Source: a plasmid. From it: a DNA stretch of 64,000 nucleotides. The notes under the pieces are model-generated. The model had not been told where the DNA came from, did no database searches, and worked only from the letters and a program-made list of their open reading frames with translations. This document shows positions 28,424 through 37,976 of the stretch, piece by piece. The translations under genes and the position numbers were made by a program. How positions within the stretch are numbered: the stretch's first letter is position 1; each line of letters begins with the position of its first letter. The stretch is from the sequence record NZ_CP020440.2; one strand, 5' to 3'.

Positions 28424-30226
28424 GCCGGCATAGATGCCGCCCCGGGCCAGCAGCGCCTCGTGCGTGCCCTGTTCGACGATGCGGCCCCGGTCCATGACGA
28501 TCAGCCGGTCCATCTGCGCGATGGTGGACAGCCGGTGCGCGATGGCGATGACGGTCTTGCCCTGCATCATCAGCTCCAGCCGGGACTGGATCGCGGCCTC
28601 GGCTTCGCTGTCAAGCGCGCTGGTCGCCTCGTCCAGGACCAGGATCGGCGCGTCCTTCAGCAGCACCCGCGCGATGGCGATGCGCTGGCGCTGCCCGCCC
28701 GACAGTTTCACGCCGCGTTCGCCGACATGGGCATCCAAGCCCCGGCGGCCCTGGGAATCGGTCAGCCCCTCGATGAACAGGTCGGCCTCGGCCAGTTCGG
28801 TTGCGCGGCGGATCTGCGCCTCGGTCGCGTCGGGACGGCCGTAGGCGATGTTGCCGCGGATCGAGCGGTGCAGAAGCGAGGTGTCCTGCGTCACCACCCC
28901 GATGGCAGCGCGCAGGGATTCCTGCGTGACCTGCGAAATGTCCTGCCCGTCGATCAGGATCGCCCCCGATTCCAGGTCATGAAACCGCAGCATCAGGTTG
29001 ACGAGCGTGGATTTGCCGGCACCGGAACGCCCGACCAGACCGATGCGTTCGCCCGGCGCGACGGTCAGGTCCAGCCTGTCCAGAACCGCGCCGCGGCCGC
29101 TTTCCTCGGTCGCGCCATAGCGGAAGGTGACATCGCGGAACTCGACACCGCCGCTGGTCACGGCCAGCGGTCGCGCCGCCGGCGCATCCGTCACCATGCG
29201 CGGCAGCGCGAGCGAGCCGATGCCGTCCCGGACCGTGCCGATGTTTTCGAACAGCCCGGCGAATTCCCACATGATCCAGTGCGACATGTTGCCCAGGCGC
29301 AGCGCAAGGGGGATGGCGATGGCCACCGCGCCCACCTCGACCCGGCCCGAGGTCCACAGCCACAGCCCCAGCCCGGTCACGGCGAATGTCAGCCCCGAAT
29401 TCAGTGCCGACAGCAGGATGTTCTGGATCGACGCCAGCCGCATCTGCCCGTGCACCGTGTCCAGAAAGCCCTCCATGCTTTCGCGGACATAGCCTTCCTC
29501 GCGCGAGGAGTGCGAGAACAGCTTGACGGTCGAGATGTTGGTATAGCTGTCCACCACCCGGCCGGTCATCACGGCCCGGGCGTCGGCCTGCGCCTCGCTG
29601 ACGCGGCCGATGCGCGGGATCAGCCACCACAAAAGCACGCCGTAGGCGAGGCCCCACGCGAGGAAGGGCAGAGCCAGCCAGCCGTCGGTCGAGGCGGCCA
29701 GCACGATCGCGCCGATGAAATAGACCGCGACATAGACCAGCACGTCCAGGAACTTCATCGCCACTTCGCGCACCGCCAGTGCGGTCTGCATCAGCTTGGT
29801 GGCGATCCGGCCGGCGAATTCGTCCTGGAAATAGCTCATGGACTGGCGCAGCAGATAGCGGTGCGCCTGCCATCGGATGCGCTGGGGCAGGTTGCCCATC
29901 AGCGTCTGGTGCATCAGCAGCGAAAACAGCGTCTGCAGCAGCGGCAGGCCGATCATCAGGATCGCGCCCATCAGGATCAGACGGCCCCCCTCGTCGGCCC
30001 AGAATCCGGCCCGGTCGGCACCCGACATGCGGTCCACCAGATCGCCCAGATAGCCGAACAGCACCACCTCGGCCACCGCGATCAGGGCCGAGCAGGCCGC
30101 CATCGCCAGCATGTAGCCATGCGCCCCTTGCGTGAAATGCAGCATGAAACGCCACAGCCCCCGCGGCGGCATCTGCGGCGCCTGGGCCGGATAGGGATCA
30201 AGCCGGCTTTCGAACCAGCGGAACAT
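28382..30226 (-). CDS. ABC exporter, fused permease and ATPase (MsbA/NdvA-like)
   Basis: Six N-terminal TM helices, Walker A GRSGAGKST, signature LSGGQRQRIAIAR, Walker B ILVLDEATSALD. Its 3' end overlaps the convergent tetR gene by 42 nt. Confidence 0.85.
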   Translation of the reverse strand: MFRWFESRLDPYPAQAPQMPPRGLWRFMLHFTQGAHGYMLAMAACSALIAVAEVVLFGYLGDLVDRMSGADRAGFWADEGGRLILMGAILMIGLPLLQTLFSLLMHQTLMGNLPQRIRWQAHRYLLRQSMSYFQDEFAGRIATKLMQTALAVREVAMKFLDVLVYVAVYFIGAIVLAASTDGWLALPFLAWGLAYGVLLWWLIPRIGRVSEAQADARAVMTGRVVDSYTNISTVKLFSHSSREEGYVRESMEGFLDTVHGQMRLASIQNILLSALNSGLTFAVTGLGLWLWTSGRVEVGAVAIAIPLALRLGNMSHWIMWEFAGLFENIGTVRDGIGSLALPRMVTDAPAARPLAVTSGGVEFRDVTFRYGATEESGRGAVLDRLDLTVAPGERIGLVGRSGAGKSTLVNLMLRFHDLESGAILIDGQDISQVTQESLRAAIGVVTQDTSLLHRSIRGNIAYGRPDATEAQIRRATELAEADLFIEGLTDSQGRRGLDAHVGERGVKLSGGQRQRIAIARVLLKDAPILVLDEATSALDSEAEAAIQSRLELMMQGKTVIAIAHRLSTIAQMDRLIVMDRGRIVEQGTHEALLARGGIYAGLWARQSGGFLQSV

Positions 30227-30286
30227 GGCAGACCTCGTGGCAAGGGGACGGGGGCAGGCTAGCGGATCGGCCTGCCGGTCGCCAGC

Positions 30287-31108
30287 CTAGCGTTCCAGCA
30301 GGTCGCGGTGAAAGCGCTTGAGCAGCAGCAGCCCGAAGACCAGCAGCACCACCGAAACCCCGACGACATAGGCCTGGTTCACATAGGCGGCCTCGTAGGT
30401 TGGATAGATCCCGCGCCGCATCAGCCCCACGCAATGCAGCAGGGGATTGTACCACAGCAGGTTCTGGACGCTGGAGGGCATGAAATCGTACAGAAACAGC
30501 GTGCCCGAGATCAGGAACAGCGGACGCGTGACGATCTGCCAGGTCCGTTCCCAGACCGGAAAGGCCGTCATCAGGTAGCAGTTCATCGACCCGACTCCGA
30601 TGCCCAGCAACGAGATCATGACCAGCGACTCGAAGATCGCGGCCATGTTCACGACGGGCGGGATCTGGTAGACGATGAAGATCCCCGTGATCACGATGGC
30701 GATGACGGCGATGTTCGTCAGCATGTTCAAAAGCGCGCGCGCGATCATCGTGTCGATGAAGGTAACGCTGGGATAGGCCAGGAACGGGCGCGAGAAGCGG
30801 ATCGACAGCGCGATCTTGGCCGCCATGCTGTTGAACATCGTGAAGGGCAGAAAGCCGCTGGCATAGAACAGTGGAAAGCTGGTTCCCAGCGCGGGTTCGT
30901 TCAGCATCATCCCGAAGATCAGCGCCAGGATGACGATGCCCAGGACCGGCTCGATCACGGCCCAAAGATAGCCACCCGCGGACTTGCCATAGGTAGTCGC
31001 CATCTCGCGCAGGATCAGCGCCACGATGATGCGGCCCATGCGGCCGTGGGGGCGCCGGTGGGCGGCCGGAATCTGGGGCGCGCGCGGCTGGGACGTGATA
31101 TCGGACAT
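30287..31108 (-). CDS. kpsM: Capsule polysaccharide ABC-2 export permease
   Basis: MSDITSQ… 273 aa ABC-2 type permease with KpsM-like topology. Confidence 0.8.
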   Translation of the reverse strand: MSDITSQPRAPQIPAAHRRPHGRMGRIIVALILREMATTYGKSAGGYLWAVIEPVLGIVILALIFGMMLNEPALGTSFPLFYASGFLPFTMFNSMAAKIALSIRFSRPFLAYPSVTFIDTMIARALLNMLTNIAVIAIVITGIFIVYQIPPVVNMAAIFESLVMISLLGIGVGSMNCYLMTAFPVWERTWQIVTRPLFLISGTLFLYDFMPSSVQNLLWYNPLLHCVGLMRRGIYPTYEAAYVNQAYVVGVSVVLLVFGLLLLKRFHRDLLER

Positions 31109-31189
31109 GTGAATACAAATACTGGTCTTGGCAGGGCGCAATATGTAACAACGGCGTGGAAAAGGTAAACCAGCGAAAGCGCGACCGTC

Positions 31190-32713
31190 GTGACCACCCC
31201 GCCCAAGACCAATGACGGCAAGGCCGCCGCCGCACCCGGCCAGCCGGACGCCGTCACCCCTGTCGTCGCGCGCGCCGAGGCGGTGAATGGCGGTGCCCCC
31301 CGGCCGTTTTCGGGGGCGGGGGCCGGGGCGGCGGCCTCGCGGCCCGTTGCCTCGGCCCGGCCGGTCCGTCCGTTCGAGGGCCAGAACCGTCCGCCGCTGA
31401 GCCAGCAGGCGCCGGCTGCCAAGCCTCACGGCGGTGCCTTGGCGACCCGGCCGATTCCGGTCCAGCCCATGGCGCAACCGGCGCAGGCCCCCTTGCCGGC
31501 GGCCCGCCCGGCGCCCGGCCAGCCGGTGCCCGCACGGCCGAAGGGGCCGCCCGCGGGTCCGGGCGGGGCGCAGACCGCCGTGCGTCCCCCGGTTGCCCTG
31601 GCCAAGCCCAAGGCGCGGCATTGGCTGGTGCTGCTGTCCTTTCTGCTGGTCGTCGCCCTGCCCAGCCTGCTCTGGGCCTGGTATCTTTGGGGCCGCGCCA
31701 GCGACCAGTACCTGTCGACCGTGGGCTTTTCGGTCAGGCAGGAACAGCAGACGCCTTCGCTGGACATCCTGGGCGGGCTTGCGCCCTTTACCGGCGGCGG
31801 CGGGGCGGCGGACACGGATATCCTGTATCAGTACATCCGCAGCCAGGACATGGTCGAAAAGGTCGATGCGGAACTGGACATCCGGTCCCGGTTTTCCCGC
31901 GAATGGCCGCGGGATTTCGTCTTCGCCTTCGATCCCGAGGGTCATATCGAGGATCTGACCCGCTACTGGCAGCGCCAGGTGAAGGTGCTTTATGACAGCC
32001 AGACCCAGATCATCACCCTGAACGTCAGCGCCTTCACCCCCGAGGACGCGCAGCAGATCGCCGCGGCGGTGTTCCAGGAAAGCTCGGACAAGATCAACGA
32101 GCTGTCGGCCATTGCCCTGGACGATGCGACGCGCATGGCCAAGCTTGAACTGGACAAGGCGCGCCAGGAACTGACGGTGACGCGCCAGGCCATGACCGAT
32201 TTCCGCATGCGCTCGCAGATCGTCGATCCCACGGCCGACCTCAGCAGCCAGATGGGCGTCATCGCGGGCCTGCAGGGGCAACTGGCCGAGCAACTGGTCG
32301 CCCATGACCTGCTGCTGGACAGCGCCCCCCAGACCGACCACCGCGTCATCCAGTCGCAGCAAAAGATCGACGCCCTGCGCCGCCTGATCGACGCCGAGCG
32401 CAACAAGTTCGGCGCCGACGGCAAGGGCCCCTCGGGGGAAAGCTATTCGCAACTGATGGCGGAATACGAAAAGCTGTCGGTGGACCGCGAATTCGCCGAG
32501 GGCGCCTATCGCTCGGCCCGCATCGCCTATGAGGCGGCCTTGGCCACGGCGCAGCGGCAGTCGCGCTATCTCGCGGCGCATATCCAGCCCAAGGTGGCGC
32601 AAAGCTCGACCGAGCCCGACCGGCCCTGGCTGCTGTTCATGGTCTTCGGCCTGCTGCTGACCGGCTGGTCCATCCTGATCCTGATCTATTACAGCATCCG
32701 CGACCGCGCCTGA
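31190..32713 (+). CDS. kpsE: Capsule polysaccharide export inner-membrane protein (KpsE/Wzz-like, PCP-3) with a Pro/Ala-rich N-terminal extension
   Basis: A TM helix (WLVLLSFLLVVALPSLLWAWYLW) followed by conserved KpsE regions (SQDMVEKVDAELDIRSRF…, C-terminal TM LLFMVFGLLLTGWSILILIYY). GTG start at 31190; the true start is uncertain and the N-terminal ~140 aa is low-complexity. Confidence 0.7.
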   Translation: MTTPPKTNDGKAAAAPGQPDAVTPVVARAEAVNGGAPRPFSGAGAGAAASRPVASARPVRPFEGQNRPPLSQQAPAAKPHGGALATRPIPVQPMAQPAQAPLPAARPAPGQPVPARPKGPPAGPGGAQTAVRPPVALAKPKARHWLVLLSFLLVVALPSLLWAWYLWGRASDQYLSTVGFSVRQEQQTPSLDILGGLAPFTGGGGAADTDILYQYIRSQDMVEKVDAELDIRSRFSREWPRDFVFAFDPEGHIEDLTRYWQRQVKVLYDSQTQIITLNVSAFTPEDAQQIAAAVFQESSDKINELSAIALDDATRMAKLELDKARQELTVTRQAMTDFRMRSQIVDPTADLSSQMGVIAGLQGQLAEQLVAHDLLLDSAPQTDHRVIQSQQKIDALRRLIDAERNKFGADGKGPSGESYSQLMAEYEKLSVDREFAEGAYRSARIAYEAALATAQRQSRYLAAHIQPKVAQSSTEPDRPWLLFMVFGLLLTGWSILILIYYSIRDRA

Positions 32714-32716
32714 GCC

Positions 32717-33391
32717 ATGATCGTTCTGGACAATCTGACCAAGGTCTACCGTCTCAAGGGCCGGCAGACCGTGGTCGCCGACCGGCTGAGCGCCGTGTTC
32801 CCCACCGGCAGTTCGGTGGCGCTGCTGGGGCGCAACGGGGCGGGAAAATCGACCCTGCTGCGGATGATCGCGGGCACCATCGGGCTGGACGGCGGGCAGG
32901 TTCTGTCCGACGGGACCATCTCGTGGCCGGTGGGCTTTGCCGGCAGCTTCCATGGCGAGCTGACGGGTGCGCAGAACGTGCGCTTCGTCGCGCGCATCTA
33001 TGGCGTCGATACCGACGAACTGGTCGATTACGTCGCCGATTTCGCCGAACTGGGGCAGCACTATTACCAGCCTTTTGCCAGCTATTCCTCGGGCATGCGC
33101 TCGCGCCTGGCGATGGGCACCAGCATGGGCATCCATTTCGACACCTATCTGGTCGACGAAGTGACCAGCGTGGGCGACGCGAACTTTCGCGCCAAGTCCC
33201 AGCGCGTGTTCAACGACCGGATGAGCAGCTCCAGCGCGATCGTGGTCAGCCATTCGATGCCCATGGTGCGGCAGATGTGCAATATGGGCGCGGTGCTGGA
33301 GCACGGCCGGCTGACCGTCTTTCCCGACCTCGAAGAGGCCATCGCCATGCACGAAAGGAACATGCGCGTGCCGCCCGGCGTTCCCGATTGA
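32717..33391 (+). CDS. kpsT: Capsule polysaccharide export ATP-binding protein
   Basis: Walker A GRNGAGKST, YSSGMRSRLAMG signature, short (224 aa) KpsT-type ABC ATPase. Confidence 0.85.
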   Translation: MIVLDNLTKVYRLKGRQTVVADRLSAVFPTGSSVALLGRNGAGKSTLLRMIAGTIGLDGGQVLSDGTISWPVGFAGSFHGELTGAQNVRFVARIYGVDTDELVDYVADFAELGQHYYQPFASYSSGMRSRLAMGTSMGIHFDTYLVDEVTSVGDANFRAKSQRVFNDRMSSSSAIVVSHSMPMVRQMCNMGAVLEHGRLTVFPDLEEAIAMHERNMRVPPGVPD

Positions 33392-33501
33392 AGGCCGGAC
33401 CGTCAAGATTAACCTATGTTTGCTTTGACGCCAGGGGCGCGGCGGGCGTTGCAATTCGGGACAGCCGGCATTTACCAATGGCTGATGAAAGGGATGACGC
33501 C

Positions 33502-34038
33502 ATGAAACATGACGGTCTTCGCCATGCCCTGATGGCGGCCACGCGCGATCTGCACGAGACGCTGGACATCGGCATCGGCGGCTTTCGGTCGGCGCAGGAT
33601 TACGCGCGTTATGTGCAGGGCAGCCTGGCCTTTCGCCAGGCGATCGAGCAGGAACTGGCCCGTGGCGACGATGCCGGCTGGCAGGTTCTGCCCCTCGCCC
33701 CCTCCCTGCGCGGCGACCTTAAGGACCTGGGCCTGTCCGAATGGCCGGTCCCCGCCGCCCCCGCGCTGGAAGGAGCGGCCGCGCGGGCAGGCGCCTACTA
33801 TGTTCTGGAAGGGTCCGCCTTGGGTGCGCGGTTGCTGAAGCGGCGCGCGGGCGAACTGGGGCTGGATCAGGACCGCGGCGCGCGCCACCTTGCCGCACAG
33901 ACTCGGGACGCTGGGCGCTGGAGCCGTTTCCTGGCCTGGCTCGACGGTTCGGGCGCCGGCGCCGCCGAGGCCGGGGCGGCGGCCCGCTCGGTCTTCGGGC
34001 TGGCGCTTGCCGCGTACCGGCTGGACGCGACGGCATGA
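33502..34038 (+). CDS. bphO: Biliverdin-producing heme oxygenase
   Basis: Heme-oxygenase-like N-terminus (GLRHALMAATRDLHETLD), ~180 aa, immediately upstream of and overlapping (ATGA) the bacteriophytochrome gene. The ATG at 33502 has an AAAGGGA RBS; an alternative ATG lies at 33478. Confidence 0.7.
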   Translation: MKHDGLRHALMAATRDLHETLDIGIGGFRSAQDYARYVQGSLAFRQAIEQELARGDDAGWQVLPLAPSLRGDLKDLGLSEWPVPAAPALEGAAARAGAYYVLEGSALGARLLKRRAGELGLDQDRGARHLAAQTRDAGRWSRFLAWLDGSGAGAAEAGAAARSVFGLALAAYRLDATA

Positions 34039-36593
34039 CGGAAATCCCCGCTTCGGACATGATGCTGGCCGGCCAGCCCATCGACCTGACCAATTGCGAC
34101 CGCGAGCCGATCCACATTCCCGGCAGTATCCAGCCCCATGGCTGCCTGCTGGCCTGCGACCACGCCATGCGGCAGGTCCTGCACCATTCGGCCAATGCCG
34201 CTGCGATGCTGAAACTCGACGGCGCCCCGGTCGGGCGCTTCCTGGCCGAGGTGATCGGGGGCGAGGCGAGCCATGCCCTGGGCAACGCCCTGTCCGTTGC
34301 GCTGACCGGCACCGTGCCGCAGCCCGCGACGCTGTTCGGCGTGGAAATCAACGGTCGCATGCTGGATGTCACCGCGCATCGGTTCGACGAACGCACCATC
34401 ATCGAGTTCGAGCCCGCGACCCCTCTGCCGGGTCCGGTGCTGGGCATGGCGCGCACCGTCATCGGCCGCCTGCGCGCCGCCGAGACGCCCGAGCGCCTGA
34501 TCCAGCAGGCCGCGCTGCTGCTGCAGGCGCAGCTGGGCTATGACCGGGTGATGGTCTATGAACTGGGACCCGACGGCGCCGGCAAGGTCGTGGCTGAGGC
34601 CAAGCGCGATTGTCACGAAAGCTTTCGCGGCCAGTATTTCCCGGCAAGCGACATTCCCCGGCAGGCGCGGGCGCTGTATCTGCGCAACCCGATCCGGGTG
34701 ATCGGGGACGTGTCCTTTGCTCCGGTCCCGATCCTGCCCGGGGCCCAGGACCGGCCGCTGGACCTGTCCTATGCCCATCTGCGCAGCGTCTCGCCCATTC
34801 ATTGCGAATACCTGCGCAACATGGGTGTCGCGGCCTCGATGTCGGTCTCGATCATTCTCGACGGGGCGCTGTGGGGCCTGATCGCCTGCCACCATTATGC
34901 CCCACGCGTCCTGAGCATGGCCGAGCGCGCCGCGGCCGAGATGGTGGGCGAATTCTTCTCGATGCAGCTCGACACGCTGCGCCGCCGCCGCGCCCGCAAC
35001 GCGGAAATCGTGGCCCGTCGGGCGCTGGACGACCTGATGGTCGATGCCAGCCGCAGCGACGATGCCGCGGACACCCTGCGCAGCCGCCTGCCGCAACTGG
35101 CGGAACTGATCGCCGCCGAAGGGGTCGGGCTGTGGTTCGACGGCGAATGGACGCCCTTGGGCAACGCACCCGGGCGCGACCTGGTGGGTCCGCTGCTGCG
35201 CCTGGCGCAGGACAGTCCCGACGGGCAGGTGTTCCATACCGATCGCCTGATGGACCATCTGCCGGACGCGTCCGCCCTGACCGCGCAGATCGCCGGCGTC
35301 CTGATCGTGCCCCTGTCGCAGCGGCCGCGCGATTTCCTGTTCTATTTCCGGCCCGAGGCGGTGCGCACCCTGGATTGGGGCGGCGATCCGAACAAGACCT
35401 ACGAGACCGGCCCCTTGGGCGACCGCCTGACACCGCGCAAGAGCTTCGCGATCTGGAAGGAAACCGTCCGCGACCGCTCGCATCCCTGGTCCGAGGCCGA
35501 TCTGAGCTTTGCCGAGGCGCTGCGCATCTCGGTGGTCGAGGTGCTGCTGTTCAACAGCGAAGTCCTGGCGGACGAACGCACCCGGGCGGCGGTGCGCCAG
35601 CGCGTGCTGAACCAGGAACTGAACCATCGCGTCAAGAACATCCTGGCCATCATCCGCTCGCTCGTCTCCCAGCGCCCCACCCAGGGCGAGACGCTGGACA
35701 GCTATGTCGAAACGCTGCGCGGCCGCATCCAGGCGCTGGCCTATGCCCATGACCAGGCCGGGCGGGACGACAGTGGCGGGCTTCTGCGCACACTGGTCCA
35801 GGCGGAACTGGCGCCTTATTCCGGCGATCTTTCCCGGATCGGGGTCGAGGGAACGGAAATCGCGCTGGATGCGCGGGCCTTTTCCGTGATGGCGCTGGTG
35901 CTGCATGAACTGGCGACCAATGCGGTCAAATACGGGGCGCTGGCCCAGGCCTCGGGGCGGCTTTCCATCACCTGGCACCTGGACGATGCCGGCAACTGCC
36001 GGATCGTCTGGCGCGAGACGGGCGTGCCGGACCTGGTCGCGCCGCAGCGCACCGGCTTCGGATCATCCCTTGTCAACGAGGCGGTGCCGTACGACCTGGG
36101 CGGGGAAAGCGGGCTCGACTGGCGCCCGGACGGTGTCGAGGCGCGCTTTACCTTGCCCGCGCGCTTCGTGCGGCTTGCGCCGGCGGCTGCCGCGGCCCCC
36201 AGGACCGAGGAGCCGCCGCCGCCGGAACCGACCCCGGCCCATGCGCTGGACGGTCGCCGCGTGATGCTGGTCGAGGACCAGATCCTGATCGCCATGTCGC
36301 TTGAGGCGGACCTTACGGACTATGGCCTGGTCGTGACCGGCATCGCACCGGATTCCGCGACCGCCTTCGAGATGATCCGCCGCGACCCGCCCGAACTGGC
36401 CGTTCTGGACGTGAACCTGCGCAACGAGGATTCCTTCGGCGTTGCCGCCGCCTTGCAGGATCTGGGCGTGCCCTTTGTCTTTGCAACCGGCTACGGCGGG
36501 GATTTCGAACCGCCGCCTCGGTTCGAGGCTGTCCCGGTCGTGGACAAGCCCTATCACATCAGCGACGTGCTGAGCGGCTTGCGGCAGGCCTGA
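34035..36593 (+). CDS. bphP: Bacteriophytochrome: PAS-GAF-PHY photosensor, HWE-type histidine kinase and C-terminal receiver
   Basis: Cys in the N-terminal CDREPIHIPGSIQPHG (biliverdin attachment site), GAF/PHY regions, HWE-HK H-box (NHRVKNILAIIRSLV), receiver (RVMLVEDQILIAMSLEADL…VLDVNL). Confidence 0.85.
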   Translation: MTEIPASDMMLAGQPIDLTNCDREPIHIPGSIQPHGCLLACDHAMRQVLHHSANAAAMLKLDGAPVGRFLAEVIGGEASHALGNALSVALTGTVPQPATLFGVEINGRMLDVTAHRFDERTIIEFEPATPLPGPVLGMARTVIGRLRAAETPERLIQQAALLLQAQLGYDRVMVYELGPDGAGKVVAEAKRDCHESFRGQYFPASDIPRQARALYLRNPIRVIGDVSFAPVPILPGAQDRPLDLSYAHLRSVSPIHCEYLRNMGVAASMSVSIILDGALWGLIACHHYAPRVLSMAERAAAEMVGEFFSMQLDTLRRRRARNAEIVARRALDDLMVDASRSDDAADTLRSRLPQLAELIAAEGVGLWFDGEWTPLGNAPGRDLVGPLLRLAQDSPDGQVFHTDRLMDHLPDASALTAQIAGVLIVPLSQRPRDFLFYFRPEAVRTLDWGGDPNKTYETGPLGDRLTPRKSFAIWKETVRDRSHPWSEADLSFAEALRISVVEVLLFNSEVLADERTRAAVRQRVLNQELNHRVKNILAIIRSLVSQRPTQGETLDSYVETLRGRIQALAYAHDQAGRDDSGGLLRTLVQAELAPYSGDLSRIGVEGTEIALDARAFSVMALVLHELATNAVKYGALAQASGRLSITWHLDDAGNCRIVWRETGVPDLVAPQRTGFGSSLVNEAVPYDLGGESGLDWRPDGVEARFTLPARFVRLAPAAAAAPRTEEPPPPEPTPAHALDGRRVMLVEDQILIAMSLEADLTDYGLVVTGIAPDSATAFEMIRRDPPELAVLDVNLRNEDSFGVAAALQDLGVPFVFATGYGGDFEPPPRFEAVPVVDKPYHISDVLSGLRQA

Positions 36594-36670
36594 GGGCACC
36601 TCCGCCCGTCAAGCTATCGCAGTGGTAAAGATAGTCTTTGACCTGCTCGCCCCATGCGATACACAGGCGA

Positions 36671-36688
36671 CATTGCCATCGGGCAATG
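36671..36688. promoter_or_regulatory. Palindrome CATTGCC-atcg-GGCAATG upstream of the Hint-domain gene
   Basis: Seen directly, about 115 nt upstream of the ATG at 36802. Confidence 0.25.
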
Positions 36689-36801
36689 CGATGACCATCG
36701 TGCTCGCGTGGGCTGTTTCCACGCTTGTTCCGACCCTGTTCATCCCTTGACTTTTCGGTGCCCCTCGGGGCGCCTGCGACCCTGAGTCCTGTGGAGTAAA
36801 A

Positions 36802-37899
36802 ATGGCCACCTATTCCCTTTATGTCCTGCCCGCGACGGCATTCACCACCTCGCCGGATGGTTACCAACCTTTTCAGGACGGCTACATCGCGCCTGATGGC
36901 TCGAACTGGCAATATGCGACGGGGACCTTCACCTACGCGCGCGACGCCGCCACCCTGATTACAGTCGATGACACCGACGGCCAAGACACGGTTCTGAACG
37001 ACTATGGCGTCGGTGAAAGCACCCAGCAGCTGGCCGAAGCCGTCGGCGGTTATCCCGCCGGCACGACGGTCGAGAACGAGTTCGAGATCACGGTGGTGGC
37101 CACGGTCGACGGCGTCGAGCGTGAATATCGCCTGGTCGCGCTCAGTGCAAATGGCGCAAGCGGCACCATCGCGGGCTATACTTTCGACGGCCCCTGGCCA
37201 CCCGAAGGCACGCTCTTGACCGCGCGCTGGTCCGGCACCCAGGACAGCGACGGTCAGTCGCTGGACAGCGGCAACATGTTGGCGCCCTGCTTTACCCGGG
37301 GCGTCCGCATCCTGACCGACGCGGGCGAGCGGGCGATCGAGGACCTGCGCGCGGGCGACCTGGTGCTGACCCTCGACCGTGGCTTGCAGCCGATCCGCTG
37401 GATCGGGTCGGCGCGGCTGACTGCGGCTGCGCTGGCGCGCAATCCGGCGATGCGCCCGGTCCGCATCCGCGCCCATGCGCTTGGCCGGGGCCTGCCGGCC
37501 ACCGACCTTGTCGTTTCGCCGCAGCACAGGATCCTGGTCCGTTCGAAGGTGGCGCGCACCATGTTCGGCGCCGACGAGGTGCTTGTCGCAGCCAAGCAGC
37601 TTTTGCAGATCGACGGCATCGACCTGGCCGATGATCTGCACGAGGTCGAATATTTCCACATGCTGTTCGACCGGCACGAGGTGGTCGTGTCGAACGGGGC
37701 GGAAACCGAGTCGCTTTATCCCGGTCCCGAGGCGCTGCGGTCCGTGGGGCGGGCGGCGCTGGACGAAATCCTGGCGCTGTTCCCCGAACTGCGCGCGCTG
37801 ACCCAGGCGCCTGTATCGGCCCGGCTCATGCCCTCGGGACGGCAGTCGCGCAAGCTGGCGGTGCGCCACCTGCAACACGGGCGGCCGTTGGTGTCCTGA
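36802..37899 (+). CDS. Hint-domain (bacterial intein-like, BIL) protein
   Basis: Central CFTRGVRILTDAGERAIEDLRAGDLVLTLDRGLQPIRWIG matches the Hint/intein N-terminal splicing block; C-terminal …VVVSNGAETESLY… Gly/Thr/Asp-rich N-terminal region; strong RBS GGAGTAAAAATG. Confidence 0.75.
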   Translation: MATYSLYVLPATAFTTSPDGYQPFQDGYIAPDGSNWQYATGTFTYARDAATLITVDDTDGQDTVLNDYGVGESTQQLAEAVGGYPAGTTVENEFEITVVATVDGVEREYRLVALSANGASGTIAGYTFDGPWPPEGTLLTARWSGTQDSDGQSLDSGNMLAPCFTRGVRILTDAGERAIEDLRAGDLVLTLDRGLQPIRWIGSARLTAAALARNPAMRPVRIRAHALGRGLPATDLVVSPQHRILVRSKVARTMFGADEVLVAAKQLLQIDGIDLADDLHEVEYFHMLFDRHEVVVSNGAETESLYPGPEALRSVGRAALDEILALFPELRALTQAPVSARLMPSGRQSRKLAVRHLQHGRPLVS

Positions 37900-37926
37900 C
37901 CCGGCGCGCGGCTTCGGAAACGGGAA

Positions 37927-37957
37927 GGGGGCAGGCCAGGCGGCCCGCCCCCTTTTT
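37927..37957 (+). terminator. Rho-independent terminator after the Hint-domain gene (GGGGGCAGGCC-agg-GGCCCGCCCCC then TTTTT)
   Basis: GC-rich hairpin with one mismatch, followed by a T5 tract; the convergent fba gene ends 20 nt downstream. Confidence 0.55.
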
Positions 37958-37976
37958 CGTTCTGCCGGCGCCCGGA

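Noticed and set aside
33867-35978. 703-aa minus-strand ORF opposite bphP
   Set aside because: Antisense to the phytochrome gene, which has a complete PAS-GAF-PHY-HWE-REC architecture.
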